Shown: positions 1-9,051 of the stretch, piece by piece | Layout: every line of letters begins with the position of its first letter | Position numbering within the stretch: the stretch's first letter is position 1 | IMG/VR virus record: IMGVR_UViG_3300031420_000003 | Location: 160,001-224,000 of that record | Direction: 5' to 3' (one strand) | Length of the DNA stretch: 64,000 nucleotides | Source of the DNA: a virus | Notes under the pieces: generated by a model | Seen by the model: only the letters and a program-made list of their open reading frames with translations | Databases searched by the model: none | What the model was told of the DNA's origin: nothing | Program-made: the position numbers and the translations under genes

Positions 1-563
1 AACTCAACGGTGGTGTCGTCATCGTAGTTGAACTCCGGCAGCTCTGCCGGTTTCGGATACAGTTCGTTATCGGTGTAGTTAAACAGGTCAACCTGCTCCT
101 CACCGTTCTCACGACGGATATCGTAGTCGGTGGTTTCTACCGAACGCATGTCAATACGTTTCAGGTAGTACGCCCAGTAATCGACCCCGCCAATGGTGAG
201 CTTGGTACGAAACGCGTAGTTGGCGCGTTGCGCATCGGTCAAGTCATTGTCCATGCGACGCAGCACAAACGGCATGGCTTTGTACATACCCGAGTACGAG
301 GCTTTCTTACCAAGTGGGACGAAGTCGTAGATGTCGTCATCTGCCAGTGAAGCCGTGTGGCCTTTGATACCGATGCACATGTACTTGATGGTCGGACGGG
401 CAGCGGGGTCTGGTACCTTGGCAGTCATCAGGTTGAGGTGTTCATTCAACGTGGACTTCTGCGGGTACTTAACCGGTGCACCGCAAAGCAGTGCAGACGT
501 CAAGCGCATGGCGCTGAGCGTCACCGTGTTAATCTTGCCGTCATAGACTTTACTGTTAGCCAT
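1..563 (-). CDS. Virion structural protein (probably baseplate/tail), 3'-truncated by window edge
   Basis: Hand translation from ATG at 563 (MANSKVYDGKINTV...KYMCIGIKGH...AMPFVLRR...YWAYYLKRID...) is open to position 1; overlaps the stop of the upstream gene; sits in a phiKZ-like virion operon. Not in the ORF track. Confidence 0.7.
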   Translation of the reverse strand, partial: MANSKVYDGKINTVTLSAMRLTSALLCGAPVKYPQKSTLNEHLNLMTAKVPDPAARPTIKYMCIGIKGHTASLADDDIYDFVPLGKKASYSGMYKAMPFVLRRMDNDLTDAQRANYAFRTKLTIGGVDYWAYYLKRIDMRSVETTDYDIRRENGEEQVDLFNYTDNELYPKPAELPEFNYDDDTTVE

Positions 564-1083
564 TTAATTCTCCTGGAAAGCTAAAACCATCAAGTTCGGT
601 TTTGGACACAAGCACTTTTAGCTTGCGTGGCGTGGGATCGACGAACTCAATAGCAATGGTACCCTTCAACGACAGATGACGTGGTATCAGACGCACCGTA
701 AAGTCGGTTGCATCCTCAGGGATAGGTTCAATCAGAATCTGATGCGGGTTAATGTTAACGCCGAGCTCGTCGAAGATATACGGCGCTAACTGTTCGCTGG
801 ACGTCACGGCCCCAAAGGGTACCGGCACCACAGCACCCCGCAACAGTTTGTTCAAATCACCACGGGTAAAGACGAAGTTCTGCGAACCGCTGTACCCGTT
901 TCGGTAGTACGCCGCTGCTTTCGATTCCACACCTTCACGGCGGGCTTCTTCTACACTCAGCGGCACTGCACCACGGGAATCAAAGGTGAGTTGATCTGGA
1001 GTATAAGATGTGCCAAACACGTAATTGATGCGGTTAATTAGAATCTCGGGTGCGGTTTTGGATAAATCCACACGGTACGTCAT
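556..1083 (-). CDS. Putative virion/baseplate protein, 175 aa
   Basis: Clean ORF with GAGG RBS, tightly packed between two virion genes. Confidence 0.65.
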   Translation of the reverse strand: MTYRVDLSKTAPEILINRINYVFGTSYTPDQLTFDSRGAVPLSVEEARREGVESKAAAYYRNGYSGSQNFVFTRGDLNKLLRGAVVPVPFGAVTSSEQLAPYIFDELGVNINPHQILIEPIPEDATDFTVRLIPRHLSLKGTIAIEFVDPTPRKLKVLVSKTELDGFSFPGELNG

Positions 1084-1090
1084 AAGCCTC

Positions 1091-3271
1091 TCACTCTAAG
1101 TTGTCGGTGGTGAATCCGGGCAGGTCACGATGGCGGACACGACGGGTCAAGGTCTTCTCACCGCTTTCCCATTCAGCATCGGTTACCTCAAGTGGCGGGT
1201 GTTCGATGTTGACACGGATGCTCGACTTCGTAGAGACCTGAATACCCATGAACACGTTCATCGTGGCACGGATGCGCGTCGGTACCGACGTCCTGATTGA
1301 CGGCGTCACATCCAGTACGGTATCGCAGTGCGCACGCGACTTCGACTTCACACTCACAACCGTGGCCGGGGTGTGGTCAACGTCAATGGTGCCTGCGCCC
1401 GCTAACAGCATGTCATCAATCAACGGGGTGATGGGGTCAGTGACATCAAAGGTATCGCTGGACATCCTTGCCGCAAAGTGCACGGTATAAGACGCAAGCT
1501 TCGATATCAGCTTCACCATCGACCGTTGGATTTCAGCCTGTGAGATGCTTGCACTGGACTCAAACGCGGTGCCGAGGTTAAAGGCATCCTTCGCAATATC
1601 CTGCCATGTCTCCTGCGATATCAACGTGTAGTCGATATTGTAAATCTTGAAGAACTCGTCGTAAGACTTGTAACTCAGATTCAGGGGACACTTGTAATCC
1701 CGGTAGAAGTATTGGAACAACAACTTACCAGCAGCATTCTCCGTGAGGACCTTGCGATTCCCCGCGAAGACCCAACGGCGTCGTTTGCCCTGCATGATGG
1801 TCTGTGCCACAGAATACATCTCTTCGGCGTTCTCAATTGGCGTGAGTTGCTCGTAGTGCGTATCTGCGAAGTAAGAAACCATGCGATCGTAACGACCGGG
1901 CCAGCTCGGAATCAGGTAGTTGTGCATCTCCTCAACCGACACCCAACGCTTAATCAGCACGCCCATAGCGTTGAAGTCAGGAATCGTCTTCAGTGCCACC
2001 CCACTGAACCCTTTGAAGCCTGCGTACAGATACAAGGCCAAGAGTTCTTTGGTAGATATTTTGATGGTGTCCCCGGTGGTTGGGTTCAACACCTCGTGCA
2101 TGGCGTTGTAGGTGCCGCGGGCGGTGTAGTGCAACCACTCATTGAACAGCAAGTGGGTGAACTCCCAACGCTCAATGGCTTCCGGGTCAATCGAGGTGAC
2201 TTCCACGAGTTTGGTGGGCTGTGCCGCATACAGCGTTAACCCTAAACGACTGTCGAGGTCGTCTTGGTATTCCTGCTGGTACTCGGCGTTGTCATACGCC
2301 AAGCCGTACTCTTTTTGAATCACATCCGTGGTCGGCAACAGATTCAAGTCACGACCCGAATCCCGCTCGGTGTAGTTCAAAGACTTCGAGTAGGCGATTG
2401 GAAGTGGGTTTACATCATCGTCACTACCTGTGGAAGGGTCGTGAATCTTCTGACTCACGGTGTAGGACACTGCCGGCATTGACCAACCGGTAAAGAAGGT
2501 GTCCACCATCCAGTCAAAGATTGTGGTCTTGCCCGAGTTACGTTCCCAGTTTCGGATGTTGCGATACAAGGTGAACTTCATCTTGTTCGTCAGGTAAGGC
2601 ATGAACTCATGCAGTTCCTGATGCGAGGCCAAGAACTCGGTGACGTGAAACGAGTGCGTCTCAACGGTGTGGATTTTATCTAAGCGCAAATCCATCAACG
2701 TCGCGGCAAACCGTGGGAACACTTTCAGGTAGAAGGCCAACACAAACGCGTCATTGTGTACCCGCCACCCTTCCGCCATCCAGCGGACGTGCACCATGTA
2801 AAGCCACTCTTCAAACCGGGTCATCAGGGACGTTTCCTGCGGCTCGACCAGTGACTTGTTGTAATAAAGGACGGCGCACTCTTGTGCATTCACAGAGACG
2901 GCCAAGGGAATGGGATTAAACACCCCGCGAATATACACCGCGTAATCCGGGTAGGTGCCAATCAGTCCATCGATATACGTGTCAGGGTCACCACGATAAG
3001 CATTCGAGGTTTTCTTATGTAACGCCATGTTAGCCGGCGTTAGTTCGATGTCCTTCTTCGTATCCAGTGACTTTATTAACAACGGCTTGTCTGTCTCATG
3101 ACGAATACCCGCAAGGTGTTGGTAATAACGCCATGTGAAACGGTCACCTAAGACCGTGCCGCCACTCTCTGTAATAGCCAGATTCATCTGCTGGGCGATA
3201 ATGTCGGATTTGAAAATCAACGACTTCGCCAGTGCGATATTCTGGTCACGAAATATATTGAACCTTTGCAT
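1091..3271 (-). CDS. Virion structural protein (phiKZ gp128-like), 726 aa
   Basis: Long ORF divergent from the portal gene, the arrangement of phiKZ gp128/gp129. Confidence 0.7.
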   Translation of the reverse strand: MQRFNIFRDQNIALAKSLIFKSDIIAQQMNLAITESGGTVLGDRFTWRYYQHLAGIRHETDKPLLIKSLDTKKDIELTPANMALHKKTSNAYRGDPDTYIDGLIGTYPDYAVYIRGVFNPIPLAVSVNAQECAVLYYNKSLVEPQETSLMTRFEEWLYMVHVRWMAEGWRVHNDAFVLAFYLKVFPRFAATLMDLRLDKIHTVETHSFHVTEFLASHQELHEFMPYLTNKMKFTLYRNIRNWERNSGKTTIFDWMVDTFFTGWSMPAVSYTVSQKIHDPSTGSDDDVNPLPIAYSKSLNYTERDSGRDLNLLPTTDVIQKEYGLAYDNAEYQQEYQDDLDSRLGLTLYAAQPTKLVEVTSIDPEAIERWEFTHLLFNEWLHYTARGTYNAMHEVLNPTTGDTIKISTKELLALYLYAGFKGFSGVALKTIPDFNAMGVLIKRWVSVEEMHNYLIPSWPGRYDRMVSYFADTHYEQLTPIENAEEMYSVAQTIMQGKRRRWVFAGNRKVLTENAAGKLLFQYFYRDYKCPLNLSYKSYDEFFKIYNIDYTLISQETWQDIAKDAFNLGTAFESSASISQAEIQRSMVKLISKLASYTVHFAARMSSDTFDVTDPITPLIDDMLLAGAGTIDVDHTPATVVSVKSKSRAHCDTVLDVTPSIRTSVPTRIRATMNVFMGIQVSTKSSIRVNIEHPPLEVTDAEWESGEKTLTRRVRHRDLPGFTTDNLE

Positions 3272-3283
3272 CCGGAGACCCCG

Positions 3284-6046
3284 ATGAGCGAGAATAAGAA
3301 GTTGGTAGAACGCGACCCGGCCGTTGAAGCGCTACTGCGCAAAACAACGAGCCCTAGCCAAGGCCAGCAGCGTGGCAAGCGTGAAGAGGGTGGTACAACA
3401 CCTACCCGTGCAGAACTCATGGGATTCGCGTCGTCACGTCTCCGTAGTGTTCGTAACTCAAAACAAATCTTTCAGGCGTTACCGGAGTTGGAAACGATTG
3501 TTACCATCGCCACCTCCTCTGTGCTGTCCACAAAAGACTTAATCAACACCACCATCATTTACGACAACGACGCCGACATTCCTCTGGACTTGCGTGCCGA
3601 TTTGATTGAAGTGGTGCGTGACTTTAACGACCGTGAACGTCAGCTGCCAAAGAAACTCTACAAGTGGTTGTACAATGCCAACCGCGACCAAGGTGCCACC
3701 CCGGTGCTGTTTATCTCCGATGTCGGCTTTGATGAACTGTTCAACCTGAAAGGTACCGATGCCAAAGTGGGCACCGAGTCCACCAAGGTCACCAACAAGT
3801 TCAAAGAAGTCTTTGAAAAGCAGCAGGGGCATTTAGGCAGCCTGAAACCGGAAGGTGATGCGAAGGTTGGCTTGGAGAGTATCCTCAGTCGCCGCCATAA
3901 AGTGCCAGACGGTCCACAGAAAATCAGCATCGACTTAAAGCCGCTGTTTACTGAACTCGGCCTGAAAGAAACGGATATCACCGGGACACGTAACACGATT
4001 GATATCGGCTTAACCGATAACAGCCGTATCCTTGTGGCCCACGAAACTATCCAGCGTGCGGCCCGTGAAGACAGCCGCAGCAGCTTGTACGGTCAGTTAG
4101 AAGAGGCCGCATATGAACAGGTCAAGGGCGGTCTGAACGGCCGTTTTGATGCGGATCAGTTTAAGGATGCCAACGAGCAAAAGAAAAACTGGCTTAACCT
4201 CGGTGACCTGAACGAGACCTACAATAAAACCCCTGAGCAGCAGATGTACGCCGAGATTCCGCGTATCAGCATGGCGGACAATAACCACCTTGAGTTCATC
4301 GAGCGTGAGTTACCGGCAGCCTCTACTCTCCCAGTCATTATTGCAGGCGATACCGCAAACCCGATTGGCTACCTGACCATCATTGATGAACTCGGTAACT
4401 TCGTGAACGAGAAGTCGTCCATGTACGGCGATGCAAGCTTCATGAACTACCTCAACAACGACGGTGCTACCGACTCTATCATTAACCGTGCGAACTTGGG
4501 CATGGGTAACGGTCAGTTAGTGACACCAGACATCTCCAATCGCCTTACCGCGCGTTTTGGTGAGTTAGCTGAGGGTCAGTTGGCTGAAGCGCTGTCACCG
4601 GCTCTGGGTGGCGTAGAACTCGATATCGGTATCACCGAAATGTTCGGTCGTGTGGTGTTAACTCGTCACTTGGCAAAACGTTATACGCAGGTTGTGTATA
4701 TCCCGGCTGAGAACCTGTGTTACTTCGCAACCGACTTTGATGACAACGGCATCGGTGTTTCTATCACGGAACGTTCGTTTGTTATCTCGACCATCCGTAT
4801 GGCCTTGCTGTTCGCGGGTATGAACGCCGCCGTTCTGAACTCGGCACGTCACCTCCAGTACGACATTACCCTGTCACCGGATGCGATGAACGGGAAAGAA
4901 GCGGTTGACCGTATCAAGTCCGATATCCTGAACGGCACCAACCGTCGTATGCCGATGTGGGGGAACATGTCGGATGTCTGGTCTATGGCGACCAACTCTG
5001 GCATTGCGTTTAACGTCGAAGGTAACGACCACTACTCGTCACACAAAATCTCGGTCTCTGATACCACGCCGGACTATAAAGCCCCGGACATGGAATTTGA
5101 CCAAGAGCTGCTGCGTCGTACCTGTCACTTGGCAGGGGTTGACCCAGACTTGGTGTTGACGCCAGAGAACCTTGAGTTTGCTTCACAGATTTACTCGAAG
5201 TCACTTCTGGTGACCCAGCAGATTGTGAAGAAGCAAGAGATTCTGGAAAAGCCGCTGAACCGCTACGTGACCAACGGTATTCAGTCCTCTCCTCGCCTGC
5301 AAGCGAAGATGATTGAAATCATTGCAAACTACCTGAGCGATTCTGAGCAGAAGACCGGCACCGAGCTGGTACAACGTATCAGTGAATACATGCGCGCCTT
5401 TATCAACGGCATGCAGACGCGTCTGCCACCACCGGACACATCGGCTGCGGCCTCGCAGATGGATCTGTTTGATAAGCGTATGGAGTTCTGGGATAAACTG
5501 GCTGACTTGGTGGTAACGGACGACCGTGTGAACGCACTGAACAATGCAGGCATTGCAATGGATGCCGGTGATGTGAAGAACATGGTGAAAACGTTCTACG
5601 CCCGTCAGTGGTTGCGTCAGCAGGGCATTGAGAATGAGATGTTTGACTTGGTGTACGATGACGATAAACGTCAGGACGTTATCAAGACTATCTCGGACGA
5701 AGAGCAGTCTGCAACCAAGATGCTGATGCAGTTGGCTGCCCGTGTGAAAGGCAAGCTGGATACCGTGGCGAAACAGTCCGGTGACCCAGATGCCGCAGGC
5801 GGCGGTTTCGGCAGTTCGCAGTTTGGTGGGGATGACGAGTCGGGTGACGACACTGGCGGTGGAGACGACATGTTCTCTGATGGCGGTGGAGACGAAGACG
5901 ACTTCGACATGGGTGATGAGTCTGACGAATCGGCTGATGGGGATAACCCGGACGACGACGGGGAAGATGACAACGGTGACATCACCCCGGGAACAGACGG
6001 CAATCCAGACCCGGATGCTCAGCCTGACCCAACGAAACCGGCGTAA
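3284..6046 (+). CDS. Portal protein (phiKZ gp129 / SPN3US gp81-like)
   Basis: ~920 aa; ATG at 3284 with GGAG RBS; N-terminal GTE-S/GLE-S protease-like sites; long acidic C-terminal tail; synteny. Confidence 0.75.
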   Translation: MSENKKLVERDPAVEALLRKTTSPSQGQQRGKREEGGTTPTRAELMGFASSRLRSVRNSKQIFQALPELETIVTIATSSVLSTKDLINTTIIYDNDADIPLDLRADLIEVVRDFNDRERQLPKKLYKWLYNANRDQGATPVLFISDVGFDELFNLKGTDAKVGTESTKVTNKFKEVFEKQQGHLGSLKPEGDAKVGLESILSRRHKVPDGPQKISIDLKPLFTELGLKETDITGTRNTIDIGLTDNSRILVAHETIQRAAREDSRSSLYGQLEEAAYEQVKGGLNGRFDADQFKDANEQKKNWLNLGDLNETYNKTPEQQMYAEIPRISMADNNHLEFIERELPAASTLPVIIAGDTANPIGYLTIIDELGNFVNEKSSMYGDASFMNYLNNDGATDSIINRANLGMGNGQLVTPDISNRLTARFGELAEGQLAEALSPALGGVELDIGITEMFGRVVLTRHLAKRYTQVVYIPAENLCYFATDFDDNGIGVSITERSFVISTIRMALLFAGMNAAVLNSARHLQYDITLSPDAMNGKEAVDRIKSDILNGTNRRMPMWGNMSDVWSMATNSGIAFNVEGNDHYSSHKISVSDTTPDYKAPDMEFDQELLRRTCHLAGVDPDLVLTPENLEFASQIYSKSLLVTQQIVKKQEILEKPLNRYVTNGIQSSPRLQAKMIEIIANYLSDSEQKTGTELVQRISEYMRAFINGMQTRLPPPDTSAAASQMDLFDKRMEFWDKLADLVVTDDRVNALNNAGIAMDAGDVKNMVKTFYARQWLRQQGIENEMFDLVYDDDKRQDVIKTISDEEQSATKMLMQLAARVKGKLDTVAKQSGDPDAAGGGFGSSQFGGDDESGDDTGGGDDMFSDGGGDEDDFDMGDESDESADGDNPDDDGEDDNGDITPGTDGNPDPDAQPDPTKPA

Positions 6047-6072
6047 CAAAAAAAAAGAAAGCAGTGGCAAGT

Positions 6073-6092
6073 ACCCACCCCTCGGGGTGGGT
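6073..6092. terminator. Bidirectional intrinsic terminator
   Basis: ACCCACCCC-TC-GGGGTGGGT between convergent genes, A-tract to the left and T-rich sequence to the right. Confidence 0.8.
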
Positions 6093-6096
6093 TACT

Positions 6097-6453
6097 TTAT
6101 TTTGTTTGCCCTTCTGGACGAACACCCAACATATCAGGCGTAAGACCACGTGCTTTGATTGTCGTGTCGCGTACAAGCATTTCCATTTCACTAATTTCCA
6201 TGTCGATATGTAAATCGGTGGCAATGTAAGGTTCGTATTGCTCGGTCATAAGCGGCTCCAAGTCAGCGATGGTGAAGCTGATATCGATAGTATCCGAATC
6301 ACGACGACGCACGGTGGATGCGCCAATGCGGCGGGTTTGCGATGCGATGTACGCATCCATATCCCGATGCCACTGGTCAGCACGTTTGGCAATGTTGCGG
6401 GCATCTATCCGACGGATGGCATTTTTCTTACAACGCCAGGGTGAATGCTTCAT
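6097..6453 (-). CDS. Hypothetical protein, 118 aa
   Basis: ORF coupled by ATGA overlap to the upstream small gene. Confidence 0.65.
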   Translation of the reverse strand: MKHSPWRCKKNAIRRIDARNIAKRADQWHRDMDAYIASQTRRIGASTVRRRDSDTIDISFTIADLEPLMTEQYEPYIATDLHIDMEISEMEMLVRDTTIKARGLTPDMLGVRPEGQTK

Positions 6454-6584
6454 TTCTTTTTGTCTCCGTGCACAAGTTTATCCAAGCGTCGTATCCAGCC
6501 GAGTTCCTGCCAGATAAAGAGCAGCCCCGCTGCGGCAAACAACACACAGAGTAAAATCAAAAAGAACTTCGTTACTGGGTCCAC
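6450..6584 (-). CDS. Small membrane protein, 44 aa (MDPVTKFFLILLCVLFAAAGLLFIWQELGW...)
   Basis: GTG start with AAGGAGTAAT RBS; one hydrophobic helix; below ORF-track cutoff, translated by hand. Confidence 0.7.
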   Translation of the reverse strand: MDPVTKFFLILLCVLFAAAGLLFIWQELGWIRRLDKLVHGDKKK

Positions 6585-6600
6585 AAATTACTCCTTGCTA

Positions 6601-6918
6601 TTATTTCCAGAAACCGGAACGCCACTTCATCCCGGTCATGTTTGTCATTTTACGAAAGGTCTGGGCCGCGTCACTGTTGTACTTGTCCTCCACCACTTCC
6701 CATTCGTCCCAGCAATCCCACGGGCGTTTATGGAGAAACTGCACCCACTCTTTGCGAACCGCGACAGCGAGATTACGCCCACGTCCGATCTCAATGCTGG
6801 TTTTGTAATAGAGGAAAAGTAGCTGGCCAATGGCCGAGAGGAAAATCCAGATGAGCATCGCGCAACCCATCGCGGCTGCTATCGTGTATGCCCAATCAAA
6901 CAGCGATGAGAGGCTCAC
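6601..6918 (-). CDS. Hypothetical membrane protein, 105 aa
   Basis: N-terminal hydrophobic segment; start overlaps the upstream stop. Confidence 0.65.
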   Translation of the reverse strand: MSLSSLFDWAYTIAAAMGCAMLIWIFLSAIGQLLFLYYKTSIEIGRGRNLAVAVRKEWVQFLHKRPWDCWDEWEVVEDKYNSDAAQTFRKMTNMTGMKWRSGFWK

Positions 6919-7340
6919 AGCAGGCCTCTTTCACGGTAGATTTGGCTACGCTTGTATTTAGCGGCGCGCTTCTTAGCGGCCTTCTCAGCGCGTCTCTGCT
7001 TGTGTGTCTTGGCAGGCTTGATCCACTGACCCTTTGCTGCGATCTCGGCTGCCTGTTCATGGCTGATCACGCTGCCTAAGCTATCCACCATTAACATACG
7101 TCCCGGCGGCAGTTGACGGGCGGCTTCACGGTAACCTTCTACCATTTTATTGGCCGCTTCACGATCCAACATATTGCCCATTTCAACGAGTTCATTTACG
7201 AACTCCTCGGCTTTCTCAGCATCGCCAGCGGTGTCGATGTGCAGCTTGGCCAGCAATTCTGCATTGGCCGGAACAGTTGCGCCGTCAACTATCATACGTG
7301 GTTCACCGCGCTCATTAAAACTTACCAGTTGATCTTTCAT
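6915..7340 (-). CDS. Hypothetical protein with basic C-terminus, 141 aa
   Basis: AGGGAGTAAT RBS; Lys/Arg-rich tail. Confidence 0.7.
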   Translation of the reverse strand: MKDQLVSFNERGEPRMIVDGATVPANAELLAKLHIDTAGDAEKAEEFVNELVEMGNMLDREAANKMVEGYREAARQLPPGRMLMVDSLGSVISHEQAAEIAAKGQWIKPAKTHKQRRAEKAAKKRAAKYKRSQIYRERGLL

Positions 7341-7372
7341 GCTTATTACTCCCTACGATTAAATAAAAGAAA

Positions 7373-7392
7373 AGGGAGACCGAAGTCTCCCT
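7373..7392 (-). terminator. Intrinsic terminator, C(UUCG)G loop
   Basis: AGGGAGAC-CGAA-GTCTCCCT with U-tract on the minus strand. Confidence 0.8.
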
Positions 7393-7399
7393 GTTTAAC

Positions 7400-9019
7400 T
7401 TAGTAACGGATTGCCGCACCCACACCGCCGCTGCTCAGCAGCAGGTGACGTGAGGTTGGGGTTTCCAGCACCACATTCATACCCGGCTTGTGCTTATACA
7501 ACTCTTCGTAAATCTCAGAGATTGCATCCGCCGTTGACGCCAGTGTGTGCGTACCGATGGTGTGTTCCTTTTCCACCGCGCCATACAGACCCGGGATAAC
7601 CACAGAGGCGATCGTGTGTGACAGCACCAGTACGGTACCTTCACCTTCACAACGCACAACGTGTTTACCGAGGGACAGCGCTACCATTTCCAGCAGCTCA
7701 CGGAACCAATCTTCTTCCGTGCTGGTCCCGTTATCCGCAACCGTTGATTCGTATACGTTCGTGGTGAAGTATTCGAGATCTTCTGCTTTGCGTTCCAGCG
7801 AAACGATACGTCCGTTTGGCAGTTTGGTACCACCCTGCGTCATGATAGACAGTGCGTTGTGCACATGGATGTCAATCAGGTACAGGTAGCTGTTAACAAA
7901 ACGACGCGCTTCGCCAGCCGTGGTGACGGTGGAGAATTTGCCTTCGTTGATTTTCTGATGCAGCCCGATAACGTTCTTACGCAGGTTCTGAATCACACCC
8001 TGCACAAGATCAATCAGCTTATCGATATCGTCCGTGGTCTGTGCTTTGGCCAGACGTGACATCTCATTACGGTGAGTTTCGAAGAAGCTGCGAATCATAT
8101 CGCGATCGCTTTCTTCATGGCCCACGTAGTAAGTCCGCACATCTTCATCCAGACGCACCAGAATATCCGCATCTTGGAAATACACAGCGCCTGCATCATT
8201 CTGTGTGATCTCAGCAAGTTCTTTGCTCCAGCTACCACCGTCGGTGAAGACCTTCACATCCGCATTGGCCTGCTTAGCGGGTTTCGATACTTGCTCAACC
8301 TTCACTTCTAATTCATGCGCTGCGTAGTTTTCCATGTTTTCATCCATCACGTTGAAGACGCTGTCGTTTAACTCACGGTTATCAGATTGTCCGGTCAGGA
8401 CGGCTAACTGTGCACCGTTCTGAGGAGAAGGGGCGGTTTGTGCTGTTGCCAGCAGTTCATGCCCAGACGGTTGTGGTGCAGCAGCTTGTGCCGGAGCCGG
8501 TACTGCGCCCGTGGTCAGTACAGACAGGCCTGCATCCGCGTTGGTGTTCGGTGCCGCAGACGGGGTAACCGTTAATGGGATTCCACCGCCGCCACCGCCC
8601 AGTGCCAGACTCACACCGCCGCCACTACCACCCGGGGCGCTCAGTAAGCTGGTTCCGGTATTACCACCGCCCAACAGGCCACCGTTGTTTGCAGCCTGAG
8701 ATTGCTTGATCAACGCGATCGCGTTATTAAACGTCGTGGTCAAGCTGTTGTGCAGATTCGCATCCGGGAAACGTTCGTTACGTTGAACCAGACCCTGATA
8801 CACCGCCGACTTAAACGCATCAACCAACGAGTTGATTGTGGTCGCTTCATCCACACCTTTACCCAGCGCGATAGAGGCGATTGCTTGTGCAATACGCGCA
8901 GCATCATTGAGCTGTAAACCTTTGGCCTCGGCTGCGCCCAAAAGTTTCGCCAGGACTGCATCCTTTGATTTTGCATCACGCAGGACGGCCTGAATTCTAT
9001 CCATTGGTACGTTCGACAT
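7400..9019 (-). CDS. Hypothetical protein with Gly/Ala/Pro-rich low-complexity linker, 539 aa
   Basis: Long ORF with AAGGAGTAA RBS, directly downstream of nvRNAP beta-N. Confidence 0.8.
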   Translation of the reverse strand: MSNVPMDRIQAVLRDAKSKDAVLAKLLGAAEAKGLQLNDAARIAQAIASIALGKGVDEATTINSLVDAFKSAVYQGLVQRNERFPDANLHNSLTTTFNNAIALIKQSQAANNGGLLGGGNTGTSLLSAPGGSGGGVSLALGGGGGGIPLTVTPSAAPNTNADAGLSVLTTGAVPAPAQAAAPQPSGHELLATAQTAPSPQNGAQLAVLTGQSDNRELNDSVFNVMDENMENYAAHELEVKVEQVSKPAKQANADVKVFTDGGSWSKELAEITQNDAGAVYFQDADILVRLDEDVRTYYVGHEESDRDMIRSFFETHRNEMSRLAKAQTTDDIDKLIDLVQGVIQNLRKNVIGLHQKINEGKFSTVTTAGEARRFVNSYLYLIDIHVHNALSIMTQGGTKLPNGRIVSLERKAEDLEYFTTNVYESTVADNGTSTEEDWFRELLEMVALSLGKHVVRCEGEGTVLVLSHTIASVVIPGLYGAVEKEHTIGTHTLASTADAISEIYEELYKHKPGMNVVLETPTSRHLLLSSGGVGAAIRY

Positions 9020-9051
9020 CTGTTACTCCTTGCAGTTTAAATTAGGTTTTG

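Noticed and set aside
5201-6070. 289-aa antisense ORF over the portal (similarly 39694-40710, 14393-14998, 32433-33116, 52030-52704)
   Set aside because: Shadow ORFs opposite well-supported genes, explained by codon bias; no RBS and non-protein-like composition
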